A stretch of DNA of 64,000 bases, taken from the NCBI RefSeq assembly GCF_006345805.1, contig NW_021828015.1, forward strand, positions 92,468 to 156,467, written 5' to 3'. The notes under the pieces are model-generated. The model saw nothing but the letters and a program-made list of their open reading frames with translations, searched no databases and was not told the DNA's origin. Each line of letters opens with the position of its first letter. Position 1 is the first letter of the stretch. Both the position numbers and the translations under genes were made by a program. Below, one piece after another: positions 27,740 through 41,181 of this stretch. Origin of the DNA: Octopus sinensis. Lineage: Eukaryota.

Positions 27740-28076
27740 CATGCGTGCACACACACACACACACACATGCGCACTCACATGCACACACTTGCTCATTCAC
27801 ACACACATACACACATATACACTTGTTCATACATACACACACACACATACAACATGCATGCACACACATATGCACACACACTTGCTCATTCACACACACA
27901 CACATACACACATATGTGCACACACACACACACGTACACTTGGTCATACATACACACACACATACCACATGCACACACACTTGCTTATATATGCACACAT
28001 ACACTTGTTTATACACACACATACAACTTGCTCATATAAACACACGCACACACATTTGCACATACATGTGCATGCA

Positions 28077-28115
<39 letters not shown>

Positions 28116-28586
28116 TCATACATGCACATACAAATGCACTTGCTCATACATGTATGTACACCCACACACACGTGCACACAAACACTTGCTTGTATATGCA
28201 CACATACACTTGTTTATACACGCACATATAACTTGCTCATATAAAACACACACACACCACACACACATGCGCACTCACATGCACACACTTGCTCATTCAC
28301 ACACACATACACACATATACACTTGTTCATACATACACACACACACATACAACATGCATGCACACACATATGCACACACACTTGCCTCATTCACACACAC
28401 ACACATACACACATATGTGCACACACACACACACACACACACGTACACTTGGTCATACATACACACACACATACCACATGCACACACACTTGCTTATATA
28501 TGCACACATACACTTGTTTATACACACACATACAACTTGCTCATATAAACACACGCACACACATTTGCACATACATGTGCATGCAC

Positions 28587-28636
<50 letters not shown>

Positions 28637-29050
28637 TCATACATGCACATACAAATGCACTTGCTCATACATGTATGTACACCCACACACACGTGCACAC
28701 AAACACTTGCTTGTATATGCACACATACACTTGTTTATACACGCACATATAACTTGCTCATATAAACACACACACACGCACATACAAACACTTGCTTATA
28801 AATGCACACACACATGAACATGCACATACATATGCACACACACACTTGATCATATATGCACAGACACAATGCTGCTAACACACACATACACATGCACACT
28901 AACATACAGGCATATGCACACACATGCACATACACAATTCTGCTAAAACACACAGATATGCATGCACACAAACAGACACATACATGTGCACACGCAAACA
29001 CACACACACAGTGCTGCTAACACACACATACAAGTACACACACACACACA
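27740..29050. repeat. CA-rich compound minisatellite containing a ~500-bp tandem duplication
   Basis: The motif atgcgcactcacatgcacacacttgctcattc occurs at 27767 and 28267, and the sub-repeat cacacttg(c/t)t(c/t)at recurs every ~25-35 bp. Confidence 0.9.
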
Positions 29051-29103
29051 AGGAAATGAGTGTAGCCTAGTAGCTATTTTCATCAGAGCAGTATGTACAA
29101 GGC

Positions 29104-30343
29104 AATATTACACCTGCCTAAGGTGGCAACCTGGCAGAATCGTTAGAACACAGGGCGTAATGCTTAGTGGTATTTCGTCTGTCTTTACATTCTGAGTTCA
29201 AATTCCGCCAAGGTCAACTTTGCCGTTCATCTTTTCAGGGTCAATAAATTAAGTACCAGTTGCATACTGGGGTCAATCTAATTGACTGGCCCTCACCTCC
29301 CCAAAAATTTCAGGCCTTGTGCCTAGAACAAAAAAGAATATTGCACCTGCTTAAGGTAGTGAGCTGGCAGAATTGTTAGCATGCTGGATGAAATGCTTAG
29401 CGGTATTTCACCCATTGCGAGCTGGCAGAAACGTTAGCACGTCAGGCGAAATGCTTAGCGGTATTTCGTCTGCCGTTATGTTGTGAGTTCAAATTCCGCC
29501 GAGGTCGACTTTGCCTTTCATCCTTTCGAGGTCGATAAATTAAGTACCAGTTACGCACTGGGGTCGATGTATTCGACTTAATACCTATGTCTGTCCTTGT
29601 TTGTCCCCTCTGTGTTTAGCCCCTTGTGGGTAATAAAGAAATAGGTATTTCACCCATTGCTATATTCTGAGTTCAAATTACACTGAGGTCGACTTTGCCT
29701 TTCATCCTTTCAGGTCAATAAATTAAATATCAGTGAAACACTGGGGTCAATGTAATCAACTAGTCCCCTCCCCTCAAATTTCAGGCCTTATGCCTTTAGT
29801 AGAAAGGAATATTACACCTGCCTGTAAAGTATTAAGCACCAGTTGCATACTGGGGTCAATCTAATTGACTGGCCCTCACCTCCCCAAAAATTTCAGGCCT
29901 TGTGCCTAGAACTGAAAAGAATATTGCACCTGCTTAAGGTAGTGAGTTCGCAGAACCATTAGCATGGTAAAATGCTTAGTGGTATTTCATCTGTTTTTAC
30001 ATTCAGAGTTCAAATTTCACCAGGGTCGACTTTCCCTTTCATCCTTTTGAGGTCAATAAAATAAATATTATTTGAACATTGGGGTCTATGTTATTGATGT
30101 AAACCCTCTCCCAAAATTGCTGGTCTCATGCCAAAATTTGATACCAATGTTACATCAGCATGCAAGGTAACATGATGGCAGAATTGTTAGCATGCTATGC
30201 AAAATGCTTAGCAGTATTTTGTACGCCTTTACATTTTGAGTTCAAATTCCACCAAGGCTGAATTTGCCTTTCATCCTTTTGGGGTCAACAAAATAAGTAC
30301 CATTTGAAAGTTGAATTCTATGTAATTGACTTGATCCCTCCCC
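29104..30343 (+). mobile_element. tandem array of SINE family B (gagctggcagaatcgttag...ctttgcctttcatcctttcggggtcgataaattaagtacc)
   Basis: At least five head-to-tail units share a spacer aatatt(a/g)cacctgc(c/t)taaggt. A younger copy is nested at 29419-29643. Confidence 0.85.
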
Positions 30344-31104
30344 TTAACCTTTTCATTTCCAACCCAGCTGAAACAGGCTCTGGCTCTGAGTACAAATGTC
30401 TTGTTTGCATAAGTTTTGAATTAAAATCTTGCACCAAACCTTAGTCACAATTTATGTTCCTAGCACTAGCTGAATGATAACTATGTTATTTTACTAAATT
30501 TTTTGTTATATTGAAAATTAATTGAAAGAAACAGAGAGCACCTCAAAATAAATACAGTAACAAAAAAGTTAACCCTTTCATTACCAACCTGGCTGAAACT
30601 GGTTTTGGATCTGTAGTATAAATGTCTTGTTTTCATAAGTTCTGAATTGAAATCTTCCACCAAACCTTAGTCACAATTTATGTTCCTAACACTAGCTTAA
30701 TGATAACTAAGTTATTTTACTAAATTCTTTGATATATTCAGAATAAATTGAAAGAAATACAGATCATCTCAAAATAAATACAGTTACAAAAGGGTTAAAG
30801 TCACCATGATATTTTTAGATCACCTCTAGCTCTGTAGTACAAATGTCTTGTTTTCATAAGTTCTGAATTGAAATCTTCCACCAAACCTTAGTCACAATTT
30901 ACGTTCCTAACTCTAGCTTAATGATAATTAAGTTATTTTACTAAATTCTTTGTTAAAATCTCCCAGCAAACCTTAGTCACAATTTAGGTTCCTAACACTA
31001 GCTTAATGATAACTAAGTTATTTTATTAAATTCTTTGTTATATTTAAAATTAATAGAAAGAAACAAAGACCATCTCAAGAGAAAAACAGTAACAAAAGGA
31101 TTAA
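30344..31104 (+). mobile_element. head-to-tail array of three piggyBac-like MITEs
   Basis: The ~225-bp units begin TTAACC(C)TTT and end AAA(G)GGTTAA, sharing TTAA at 30344, 30569 and 30795. The third unit is rearranged and ends at the TTAA at 31101. Confidence 0.7.
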
Positions 31105-31849
31105 AGTACTATCCTTAAGCTGAAACTTTAAATCCTTATTACACTGCTCGGCCGAGGTGTGAACTCATGATCTTGAGGTCAAATGGTAAGCAAAAATACT
31201 TGAGAGACACTGGGAAGTGTGAGAGAGACAGAGAGGGGGAAGAGGAAAGCAGGGATAGATAAAAAAAGGGAGAGAAAGAGAGAGGAATAAAGAGACAGAA
31301 TCAGAGGTAGAGAGAGAGAGAGAGAGTGAGAGAAACATAAAACAAAATTATTTTTAAGAGATTACTTTCTATAAATATGTTCACACACCAATTTCAGATT
31401 AGTTTTTCCAATAGGAGTCAAAAATATAAACTAATATGAGGAAGATGCTTTAAGCTTTTACTTCTCTCTTTTAATTTTTTTTTATTTTATTTGCTTTTAT
31501 CTTTATTTCTATTATATTTATTTATTTTTTTTTTTTTATTTACTTATTAATTTTGATTTTTTTTTTTTGCTAGTTCTTAAACTTATTTTCTTGTATTAAT
31601 AACTAACCAACAATTGAAATAAGAAAATACAAAACAAAACAAAAGAAAAATAAAATGAAATAAAAAAACAAATAAAATAAAATAAAATATGAAATGAAAT
31701 GAAATGAAATAAAACAAGGAAAGATAGGTAACAATATCAAAGAGTTTACAGTCTATATCATCAGGGCCCAATCAATTTAAATATTTTCTGCAGAGAAGTT
31801 GTAAAGCTGCTTAGTGAAGCAGCGCATCAGAAACCAAAAATTTAACTTT

Positions 31850-31896
31850 ATATATATATGTAATATAATATATATATATGTATATATATATGTATA

Positions 31897-31979
<83 letters not shown>

Positions 31980-32189
31980 AAATGTATATATATATGGACG
32001 TATATGTATACACATATATACACACATGCTTATACATACACAAACATGTATATATACATCTATATATACATATTTGTACCTATATATACACACATATATA
32101 TACATATATATATACATATACATACATATATATATATTATGTATATAAATGCATATACAAACATATATGTATACACATATATATACATA

Positions 32190-32284
<95 letters not shown>

Positions 32285-32410
32285 CATATATACATGCATG
32301 TGTATGTGTGAGTAAATATATACACATATGTGTACAAATATATTCATATACATACACATATACATATAAATATATATGTATGTATATATATATATACACA
32401 CACACATTCG

Positions 32411-32445
<35 letters not shown>

Positions 32446-33185
32446 ATTATTATTATTATTATTATTATTATTTTCCAATTCTCAATTTCTTAAAACGTTA
32501 AAACATTGAAATCAATTTACTTGGAAATGTTGTCAAGTCATAAAAAACTGCAAAACAAAAACAGAAACAACAACACACAAAATAAAAAACAAAAACAAGA
32601 GGTGAATTAAAAAAAAACATTGGAAATACGGAATTTTCAAGTGAAGGTAAAGTATAAAGAAAAATTATAAAGTGCACAAAAAATAGGTAGAAATGAAAAA
32701 AAAAACATAACTAAAAATAAAAATGTTTCAAAGAAAAAGATTGGAATGTCTTTGATCTTTTCTCTCAAATATATGTTATGTTTCTGAAGTATATCTAGAT
32801 GAGAGAAGGATATATACAAATATATATATATATATACATGCGAGTGTGTATGTGGGTATCTATATATACATGTTTTCTTATATGTTATACATGCAGATAC
32901 GTAAATGCATATAAACATATAAAAATACATTTATATACATATGTATAAAAATATGTGCATATGTGTGTGCGTGTGTGTATACCTATTCTCTTGTTCTCTC
33001 TCTGTTTCTCACTCTCTCTTTTTCTCTCTCTCTCTCTCTCGATATATATATACATATATATATATATAGATAGATATAAACACATGCATGCATACATAGA
33101 CACACACGCATATATATATATATATATATACATACATGCATACATATATACACATACATGCATATATATATATATACATATATTC

Positions 33186-33223
<38 letters not shown>

Positions 33224-33349
33224 GAATGATATATATGAATGTGTGTATAGAGACACATACGTATATCGAAAGCGATTACGTATATAAGTGTATACACACA
33301 TACACACACACACATACACGCATGCAATGCACACACCCATGCGTGCGCA

Positions 33350-33383
<34 letters not shown>

Positions 33384-33810
33384 TACATACATACATACAT
33401 ACATTTATATACATACATATATATGAATGATATATATGAATGTGTGTATACAAGCACACATATATATATATCAAGAGACTACATATATAAGTATACAGAT
33501 GCACACACACACACCCACTCACCAACACACACACCCGCACATACCCCCACACCCACCCACACACCCACACAAACACCCATAACCTCATACATAACAGACT
33601 TGCAAACTGAAGTTTAAACATTTATGAGAAGAGTAAGGTGAGTGAAAGCCAGTCTAGCAAAGCAGTCGCAAATGTCTTGAAACACAAAAGCACTAAAAGC
33701 CATAATGATCATAATATGTGTTATCGAAGTATTTTATGTATTCCTCTAAGTAGAATCTCGACTACGACATTGGTATTCAAGAAGAGAACGAAGTCAGCAT
33801 GCAGCAGAAC

Positions 33811-33843
<33 letters not shown>

Positions 33844-34108
33844 GAGCTGCTTATTTTCAGTTAATTTCCATTTGGGGAAACGTTACCTGTGTACAATGCG
33901 TGTGTGTTATGCATGTATGTATGTATGTATGTATGTATGTATGTATGTATGTATGTATGTATGTATGTATGTATGCATGTATGAATGTATGTATGTGTGT
34001 ATGTATGTATGTGTATGTATGTATATGTATACATATATATATATATGTATATATATACATACATATGTATGTATATACATGTATGTATATATATATATAT
34101 GTTGTATG

Positions 34109-34144
<36 letters not shown>

Positions 34145-34260
34145 TGTATATATATACACATATGTATGTGCATATATGTGTGTGTGAGTATATATGCACA
34201 TATATATATATGTAAATATAAGTATATCTATCTATCTATCTTCCTATCTATCTATCTATC

Positions 34261-34299
<39 letters not shown>

Positions 34300-34410
34300 A
34301 TGTGTGTGTGTGCGTGTGTGTGTATATATTTATATTTATATACATATATATGCATACATATATGCACATATATATGTACATAAGTGTGTGTGTGTGTGTG
34401 TGTGTGTGAT
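31850..34410. repeat. large (TA)n/(CA)n/(TATG)n microsatellite field
   Basis: Direct reading. It is the source of the many Tyr/Ile/His-rich ORFs, with short unique AT-rich spacers between arrays. Confidence 0.9.
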
Positions 34411-34879
34411 GTGTGTAATTATATGTAAGTGTGAATTCATGTCTTTTTCTGTTTTTTTTTTTTCAAATTTTCTTCCTTTCTGTTGTCTTGGTTTTATTAA
34501 GTGTAAGTAAAAGAATCAGAAAATATTGGCAACTGGCTGACTTTTAATAAAGTGTTAAAGCAGAACCAGGTATTGCTCTGTGGTGTAATTAGTAACATAG
34601 TCACCTGGACATCAGCAGACATTAAGCTCAAATCCAATCAAAGAGCCTGTTGCCTGTTATATGTGCGTTTGGTAACTCACCAGAGCACTGGGTAGTATGC
34701 TTTGTAGTGTTTTTGTTCTGACTCTGCTGTGCTGAGTTCAAGTCCTGCAGAAGTCAATTTTGGCCTTTATATATATATTTGGGGTCTAGTACAAAAAAAA
34801 AAAAGTACTAATTCATAACAGTGGAATTGTGAAACAGTACGAAAGCCAGATCAGATACATTGATGCTTTATTCTTTTCT

Positions 34880-35104
34880 TTAATTCTTTTACTTGTTTCA
34901 GTCATTTGACTGCAGCCATGCTGGAGCACTGCCTTTAGTCAAGCAAATCAACACCAGGACTTATTCTTTGTAAGCCTAGTACTTATTCTAGCAGCCTCTT
35001 TTGCCAAACCACTAAGTTACAGGAACATAAACACACCAACATCTATTGTCAAGCAATGTTGGGGGGACACACACAACACAAACATATACACACACATAAT
35101 ATAT

Positions 35105-35147
<43 letters not shown>

Positions 35148-35149
35148 AC

Positions 35150-35185
<36 letters not shown>

Positions 35186-35186
35186 C

Positions 35187-35236
<50 letters not shown>

Positions 35237-35335
35237 TATATATATGACGGGCTTGTTTCAGTTTCCATCTACCAAATACACTCACAAGGCTTTGGTGGGC
35301 CCAAGGCTTTAGTAGAAGACACTTGCCCAAGGTAC
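34880..35335 (-). mobile_element. SINE family A (head truncated at Helitron)
   Basis: Tail, expanded (TA)n/(CA)n, and a partial head. Confidence 0.8.
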
Positions 35336-35729
35336 AACTTTGAGTGACTGCCCTGGGCTTTGTTGATGGTCACGGCAAAGCTTATGGGGAACTGTACTCT
35401 GATATTTAAACAACAGTTCTTTAGCTTTTGCATTTGACAATTGTATTCTATTTTGATTTTCACTGACGTAATGGTAAGAACAAGGGGATATGTAACTGTA
35501 GTTTCGAATAAAAATAAAAATGGAAGTTTTAATTATCCGATGGACAGGCAAACATTGCAAAAATAGTGATTTTCACTTTGAAACTGACAAGTTTGAAAAT
35601 CTTTTTAGATTACAGAAAACCCTGCTCTCTCATGTAGCCATGTTTAAAATTTCAGTGCGATCAGATGAACAATACTCAAGTTATAAGCGCAAAAAAAACA
35701 GACAGACGGAACAGAATTTATATATTAGA
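35335..35729 (-). mobile_element. Helitron deletion derivative with PIF1-helicase remnant
   Basis: The 5' end is A|TCTAATATATAAATTCTGTTCCGTCTGTCTG at 35729. The helicase motif 'QFPISFAVTINKAQG' / 'GQSLKVV' lies at ~35335-35420. A SINE truncates it. Confidence 0.8.
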
Positions 35730-35954
35730 TATATAATCGTATTGAGCCCTCTACATATATAGAGAGGAAGATAGAGAGAGAAACAGAAAGAGGAAAGAAA
35801 AGAGACAGAATAGCAACAGTTTTGATGACTGCCATCCTGTACTCTCCTTGTACTCTCTTGTACTCTCCTTGTTGCCAGTGAAATGGTATGTGCCGGCTGT
35901 TGGAGCAACTTGATGCTTTTAATGAACACGATGGCGGAAGAAACAGGACAAAAA

Positions 35955-36120
35955 GATTACCAAAATAGCGATTCTCACTATGAAACTGAGAATTTTGAAA
36001 ATCTTTTTTAGATTATGGAACACCTTGCTCTCTCATGTATCCATGTTTAAAATTTCAGTGCAATCAGATGAACAATATTTGAGTTATAAGCATACAAAAA
36101 ACAGACAGAATGGGATTTAT
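35955..36120 (-). mobile_element. second partial copy of the same Helitron 5' region
   Basis: It is a direct paralog of 35560-35720 (gaaaatcttttt(t)agatt...aaaatttcagtgc(g/a)atcagatgaacaata). Confidence 0.7.
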
Positions 36121-36547
36121 ATTTATATATACATATATATATATTATATATATAATATATATATATATATTTATTGCCAAACTAACATGGTAGTCCAGTG
36201 AAATAGGATGAATGCTACAGCTGATTAGCTCTGAGAGACGATCACCTCTAGCTAGCTATATGACAGTGTTATTTATTTTTTACATTAAACTCAATCTTAT
36301 TTCGGCCAGAGTTCTTTCGTCACACTCCTGTGACCACATCAGTGGTCCTTTGTTTTCTTCTTTCTTATTTGTGTCCCTCCTTACTAACCGTCAGCCATTT
36401 TGTATTTCTATTGTATGTCTTCATTTGCGCATGCTTATATCTCTATGTGCGTCTATGTTTATTTAGTGTATGTGTGGGGGGATGCCTGTAATATATATAT
36501 ATATATATACATATATACATACATATATACAGATATATATACATATA

Positions 36548-37156
36548 CTAGCTTAAAAGCCATCCTATCAGGCGGCTTTTATGTTAGTATATAGCTTTTA
36601 AGCTATTGACCCTAATGATAAGATCTGCAAACATATCTCTGACTTGTTTTGAAGAATTTGTTGTCATATTCATCGCAGAAAATCACATAAAAAAATTTGC
36701 CGAATATAATAGCTGGATTTCACAATTAATTTATTTCCAAGTTTTAAAAACTGTTATCGTACAAAAATATTCGGCACAAAAAATCATGTTAAAAAATCGT
36801 TGAAAACAATCGCAGTAACAAAAACTTGAGAATTCAAAGTTTCAGGACTGCAGGTCTGGATTCAGCCTGGAATGCTTTTAATTTACTCAGAGTCAGCTTT
36901 TAGATTATAAAAAGTGTTATTGTACAAAAAGAAAGTCACAAAAAGTCACATAAAAAAAATCTCTGGAAACAATTGGAGTAATGAAAACTTGGGAATCCAA
37001 AATTTCAGGATTGTGGGTCTCGATTCGGCCTGGAATGTTTTTAATTTCCTCACAGTGTTGGCTTGATTCCCAAATGGTGTGATATGTTGGGCTACGAACT
37101 CTAGGAGGAAAGTTGAAAAAGTGTGACACACTGACATTTGCATTTATTATATTAAA

Positions 37157-37159
<3 letters not shown>
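36548..37159 (-). mobile_element. complete non-autonomous Helitron
   Basis: On the minus strand it starts TC(GTTTAATATAATAAATGCAAATGTCAGTGTGTC) after an A. It ends with the hairpin aaaagccgcc-tgata-ggatggctttt plus CTAG before a T. A ~63-bp internal direct repeat lies at ~36821 and ~36984. Confidence 0.8.
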
Positions 37160-37200
<41 letters not shown>

Positions 37201-37202
37201 TG

Positions 37203-37575
37203 GCATTCCATTGGTTACAACAATGAGGGTTCCAGTTGATCCAATCAACAGAACAGCCAGCTCATGAAATTAATGTGCAAGCGTCTGAGCACTCTACAGG
37301 CACGTATACCCTTAACGTATTCTTGGCGGGATTCAACGTGACACAGAGTTTGACAAGGCTGGCCCTTTGAAATACAGGTACAACAGAAACAGGAAGAAAC
37401 AGTGAGAGAAAGTTGTGGTGAAAGAGTACAGCAGGGTTCGCCACCACCCCCTGCCATGGGCCTTGTGGAGCCTTCGGTGTTTTCGCTCATAAAACACAAC
37501 ACTCGGTCAGGAAATTGAAACCATGATCCTACGGCCATGAGTCCACTGCTCTAAACACTGGGCTATTGTGCCTCC
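37203..37575 (-). mobile_element. SINE family C, full length (tail type 1)
   Basis: Reverse homolog of 52385-52758 over its whole length. Confidence 0.85.
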
Positions 37576-37620
37576 ACAGACACACAGACACACACACAAC
37601 ACACCACACACACACACAAA

Positions 37621-37653
<33 letters not shown>

Positions 37654-37859
37654 ATGATCATTAGCTGATTCTGGGTGGTCCATTTATTGAATGTTCTTCT
37701 TAGAGGTAAGACAAATTTTTCATATTTGTTGCACTCACATGTCTTTGCCAGTATATATGCAGTGAAGCTTTATCAATTGTATCAACTGCTATTTCCAGTA
37801 AATATTGGTGCCTTGTTGTACCACTAATCTATATATATATATAAACATATATATATATT

Positions 37860-38066
37860 TTATTTACCACAGGGGGCTAAATACAGAGGGGACAAACAAA
37901 GGAATTAAGTCAATTACATTGACCCGGTGCATAGATGGTACTTATTTAATCACCCCGAAAGGATGAAAGGCAAAGTCGACCTCAGCGGAATTTGAACTCA
38001 GAACATAACGGCAGATGAAATACCGCTGAGCATTTCGCCTGGTATGCTAATGATTCTGCCAGCTCG
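37860..38066 (-). mobile_element. SINE family B (subfamily with gtccttgtttgtcccctctgt..ttagcccc tail)
   Basis: Reverse copy related to the nested element at 29419-29643. Confidence 0.8.
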
Positions 38067-39579
38067 TATGTATGTTTCTAACCAAGGTCCAAGGCTCCTT
38101 CATTGGAATTTCAACATAAACAACAGGGGTCTTTTTGTTTGTATGTATGTATATGTGCAGATTTGTATGTTTTGTCTTGTGTGTGTGTGTGTGTGCCTGG
38201 AAACAAATGCAGATTAACAGGAACGGAAAGACAATGGCTGTAGAAAATCTGCCTCGATGAATTCTGTCTGAGCCATGCAAGCAGGGAAAAGTGGTTGTTA
38301 AATCAATGATGTGGAGAAGGAAGAGGGTGCTCGCCAGATTTTTATATCTCTTCATCTGTTTCATTTAACAGTTTATTAACCTTTATCACATGTATAACAG
38401 TTTCATTATGTATTTTATTACAAGATCTTTAACAAGATCTTTATCTGATGGGTTTTTTTTTTAATAATAATTAGGGATAAAATTTAATCCTTATTGTCAA
38501 AAATACTTTGCAAAAAATTAAAACTGAAATCATTCAATTTCCTGAAAGTGCTGACAATTAAGTTTCTGCTGATGTCGATGGTAATGATGATGATGATGAT
38601 GATGATGAGGCCAATGATGATCAATCAGGATGATAATGATAATGACAATGGTGGGAATGATGATGATGTCGATGATGATGATGATGGTCTCGAGGTTGAT
38701 GATGGCGATCATGATGAAGAGGACGGGACATGATTGTAGTGAATGTAATAGCAGTCTTGGGGTTGATGATGATGATGGTATGATGACGATGATAATGATG
38801 ATAATGATAATGATGATAATGGTAATGATGATAAAGGACATGAGCTGGAGGAGGAGGTGGTGTAGGAGAGGGAGAAGAGAGAGAGAGAAAAGATGGAAAA
38901 TGGTGATGGTAGGGGTAATGCCAAAAAATCATCTCAATAATAAAGCAATGAATGACTACAGCAACAACTACGACGAAAGCGACGATGGCAATAATGATGA
39001 ACAGGAATGGCAAAAGCAATAAAGATGATGATGATGATGACAGTAGTGATGAAGATAATGACGACGACAACGACAACAACAACAACAACAACAACAACAT
39101 CGATGATAACAAAAGCAAGAACGCTCACTGCGGCTGCTACCAACCACCACCACCACCACCAACGTCGTTGCCACTGCTACTTCTTTCGACACCTCCCCTG
39201 TCACCACTGATACCAACAACGACAGCAGCAACAACAACAACAACAACAACAACACGAACGGTGGATGATGATGACAGCTTTCAAACTGTATTTCGCCCCC
39301 CCCCCCGAAACTTGACAGCTTAATACATTATGCAACAAGAGAAATGGAATTCAGTGATTCCGTATGAATTATGAAGGAACAGCTGTTGAGTTGAATGTGC
39401 AAATGCTTGTTTTCTGAAAATATTTGCTGTCATGTTTGACGCATTAATGAGGATATTTTAGGCTGGTTTTTTTACTCTTTTGGTGCTTTTTTTTTTCTTA
39501 TTTTCAAATACTACTCAACAAGTCTAGACATCCTATACAAAGAGCCCTCTGCTTTCTCAATTTATCTACTTCTAACTAT

Positions 39580-39589
39580 CCATCTACCC

Positions 39590-39642
<53 letters not shown>

Positions 39643-39730
39643 CCCATCTATTTATCTATCTATCTATCTATCTGTCTGTCTATCTGTCTGTCTATCTGTC
39701 TGTCTATCTGTCTGTCTATCTGTCTGTCTA

Positions 39731-39776
<46 letters not shown>

Positions 39777-39853
39777 AATCTATCTATCTATCAATCAATC
39801 TGTCTATCTATCTACCTATCTATCTATCTACCCATCTATCTATCTATTTACCC

Positions 39854-39892
<39 letters not shown>

Positions 39893-39902
39893 ATTCTACC
39901 CC

Positions 39903-39974
<72 letters not shown>

Positions 39975-40000
39975 CCCATCTATCTATCTATCTATCTATC
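39580..40000. repeat. (TCTA)n/(TCTG)n compound microsatellite
   Basis: Direct reading. Confidence 0.95.
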
Positions 40001-40199
40001 ACACACACACACACATATATATATTGCACATTGTTTTAGATTTTGTCGACTACACTGTATGGTAGGGCTAGTTGGGCACGATCTATGAGAAAAATAGTGT
40101 CATGACACAATTTACTCTGCCAGAAGTTTGGAAATGACATGCTGTACTGCTTGGCATTCATGCTAGAAGCTCCAAAATGAATATTTCAGAGAGTTTGGG

Positions 40200-40570
40200 T
40201 GTTTATCTGAAGACATGTACCGAGAGTGATAAAAATCAAACATCCAGTCAACATCATGGTGTTTGGAGTGATCACTAGTGATAGTGACGTACTACCTCCA
40301 TTCATCTTTCCACATGGCCTCACACTCAACACGGAGGCCTACATCAAGTGTTTGGAGAAGGTTGTGCTGCTGGAAGACCCTATGTCTGGCAACAGGACTC
40401 AACACCATGCTACACAAGCAGGAGAACCCAGACATGGCTGTCAAACAATTTCTGCCACCACATCACGCCTAACATCTGGTCACCTAACTCCCCAGACTAT
40501 TATGTGTGGAGCATAGTTAAGGGAGTGACCAACAAAACACCTGGTAACACCAAAGATGAACTGAAGGCAA
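40200..40570 (+). mobile_element. Tc1/mariner DD37D (maT)-type transposase relic
   Basis: Frameshifted ORFs read KHPVNIMVFGVITSD...FIFPHGLTLNTEAYIKCLEKVV and GRPYVWQQDSTPC...NIWSPNSPDYYVWSIV. This is the same family as 18183-18703. Confidence 0.85.
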
Positions 40571-41181
40571 TGAATGAATGTATGTATGTATCTATGTACA
40601 TGTTAATTGCTAGCAAGGACACGGTATTTCTTTTTGCAACCATAATATTCTACCAAAAATATTACTGGTTAACAAGTCAGTATTGTTTCTTATCCTGAGT
40701 TAGCAGTGCAATATTTTTACTTCATATTTATCTCTATAGATTTTGTCATAAATTCAGAGCCAACACTGAAAGTTACAATGGTTTGTAAACGAATACATCT
40801 ATGTATACAATGCAATGAAAAATAGATAAAATAGTAAAAATAGGAGAAATAAAAAAAAATTCAATTGCATTGTTTAAATAGACATATTTGATTACGAAAC
40901 ATTGTAACTTGCATTGCTGGGTCTCAATGCTTTAGAAAATCTACAGAGATAAACTTGAATCTAAGAATGTGTATATGTGTATATATTAATGCTTCTTTTT
41001 ATGTTCGGTTACAATAAAAAATAAAATTACATTAACTCTTTAGCATTTAAACTAGCCAGACCAGGCCAATATATTCTACTTGTTTTATGTTCAAACTGGC
41101 TAGATCAGGCATGTCTCATCTACCCTACAATGTCATCAAAATTATAAAGTTTCAAGATAATCCATGATTAATTCAAAACAG

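Noticed and set aside
27478-28548. 356-aa His/Thr-rich ORF (and overlapping ORFs)
   Set aside because: It is a translation of a CA-rich minisatellite that is open in several frames and on both strands, with no domain signal.
29104-30343. repeat-spacer layout as a possible CRISPR array
   Set aside because: The DNA is eukaryotic, the repeats are ~200-bp SINEs, the spacers are similar to each other, and no cas genes are present.
33638-34510. 290-aa ORF
   Set aside because: It starts at a non-ATG codon and is dominated by (AAC)n, (TATG)n and (TA)n repeats.
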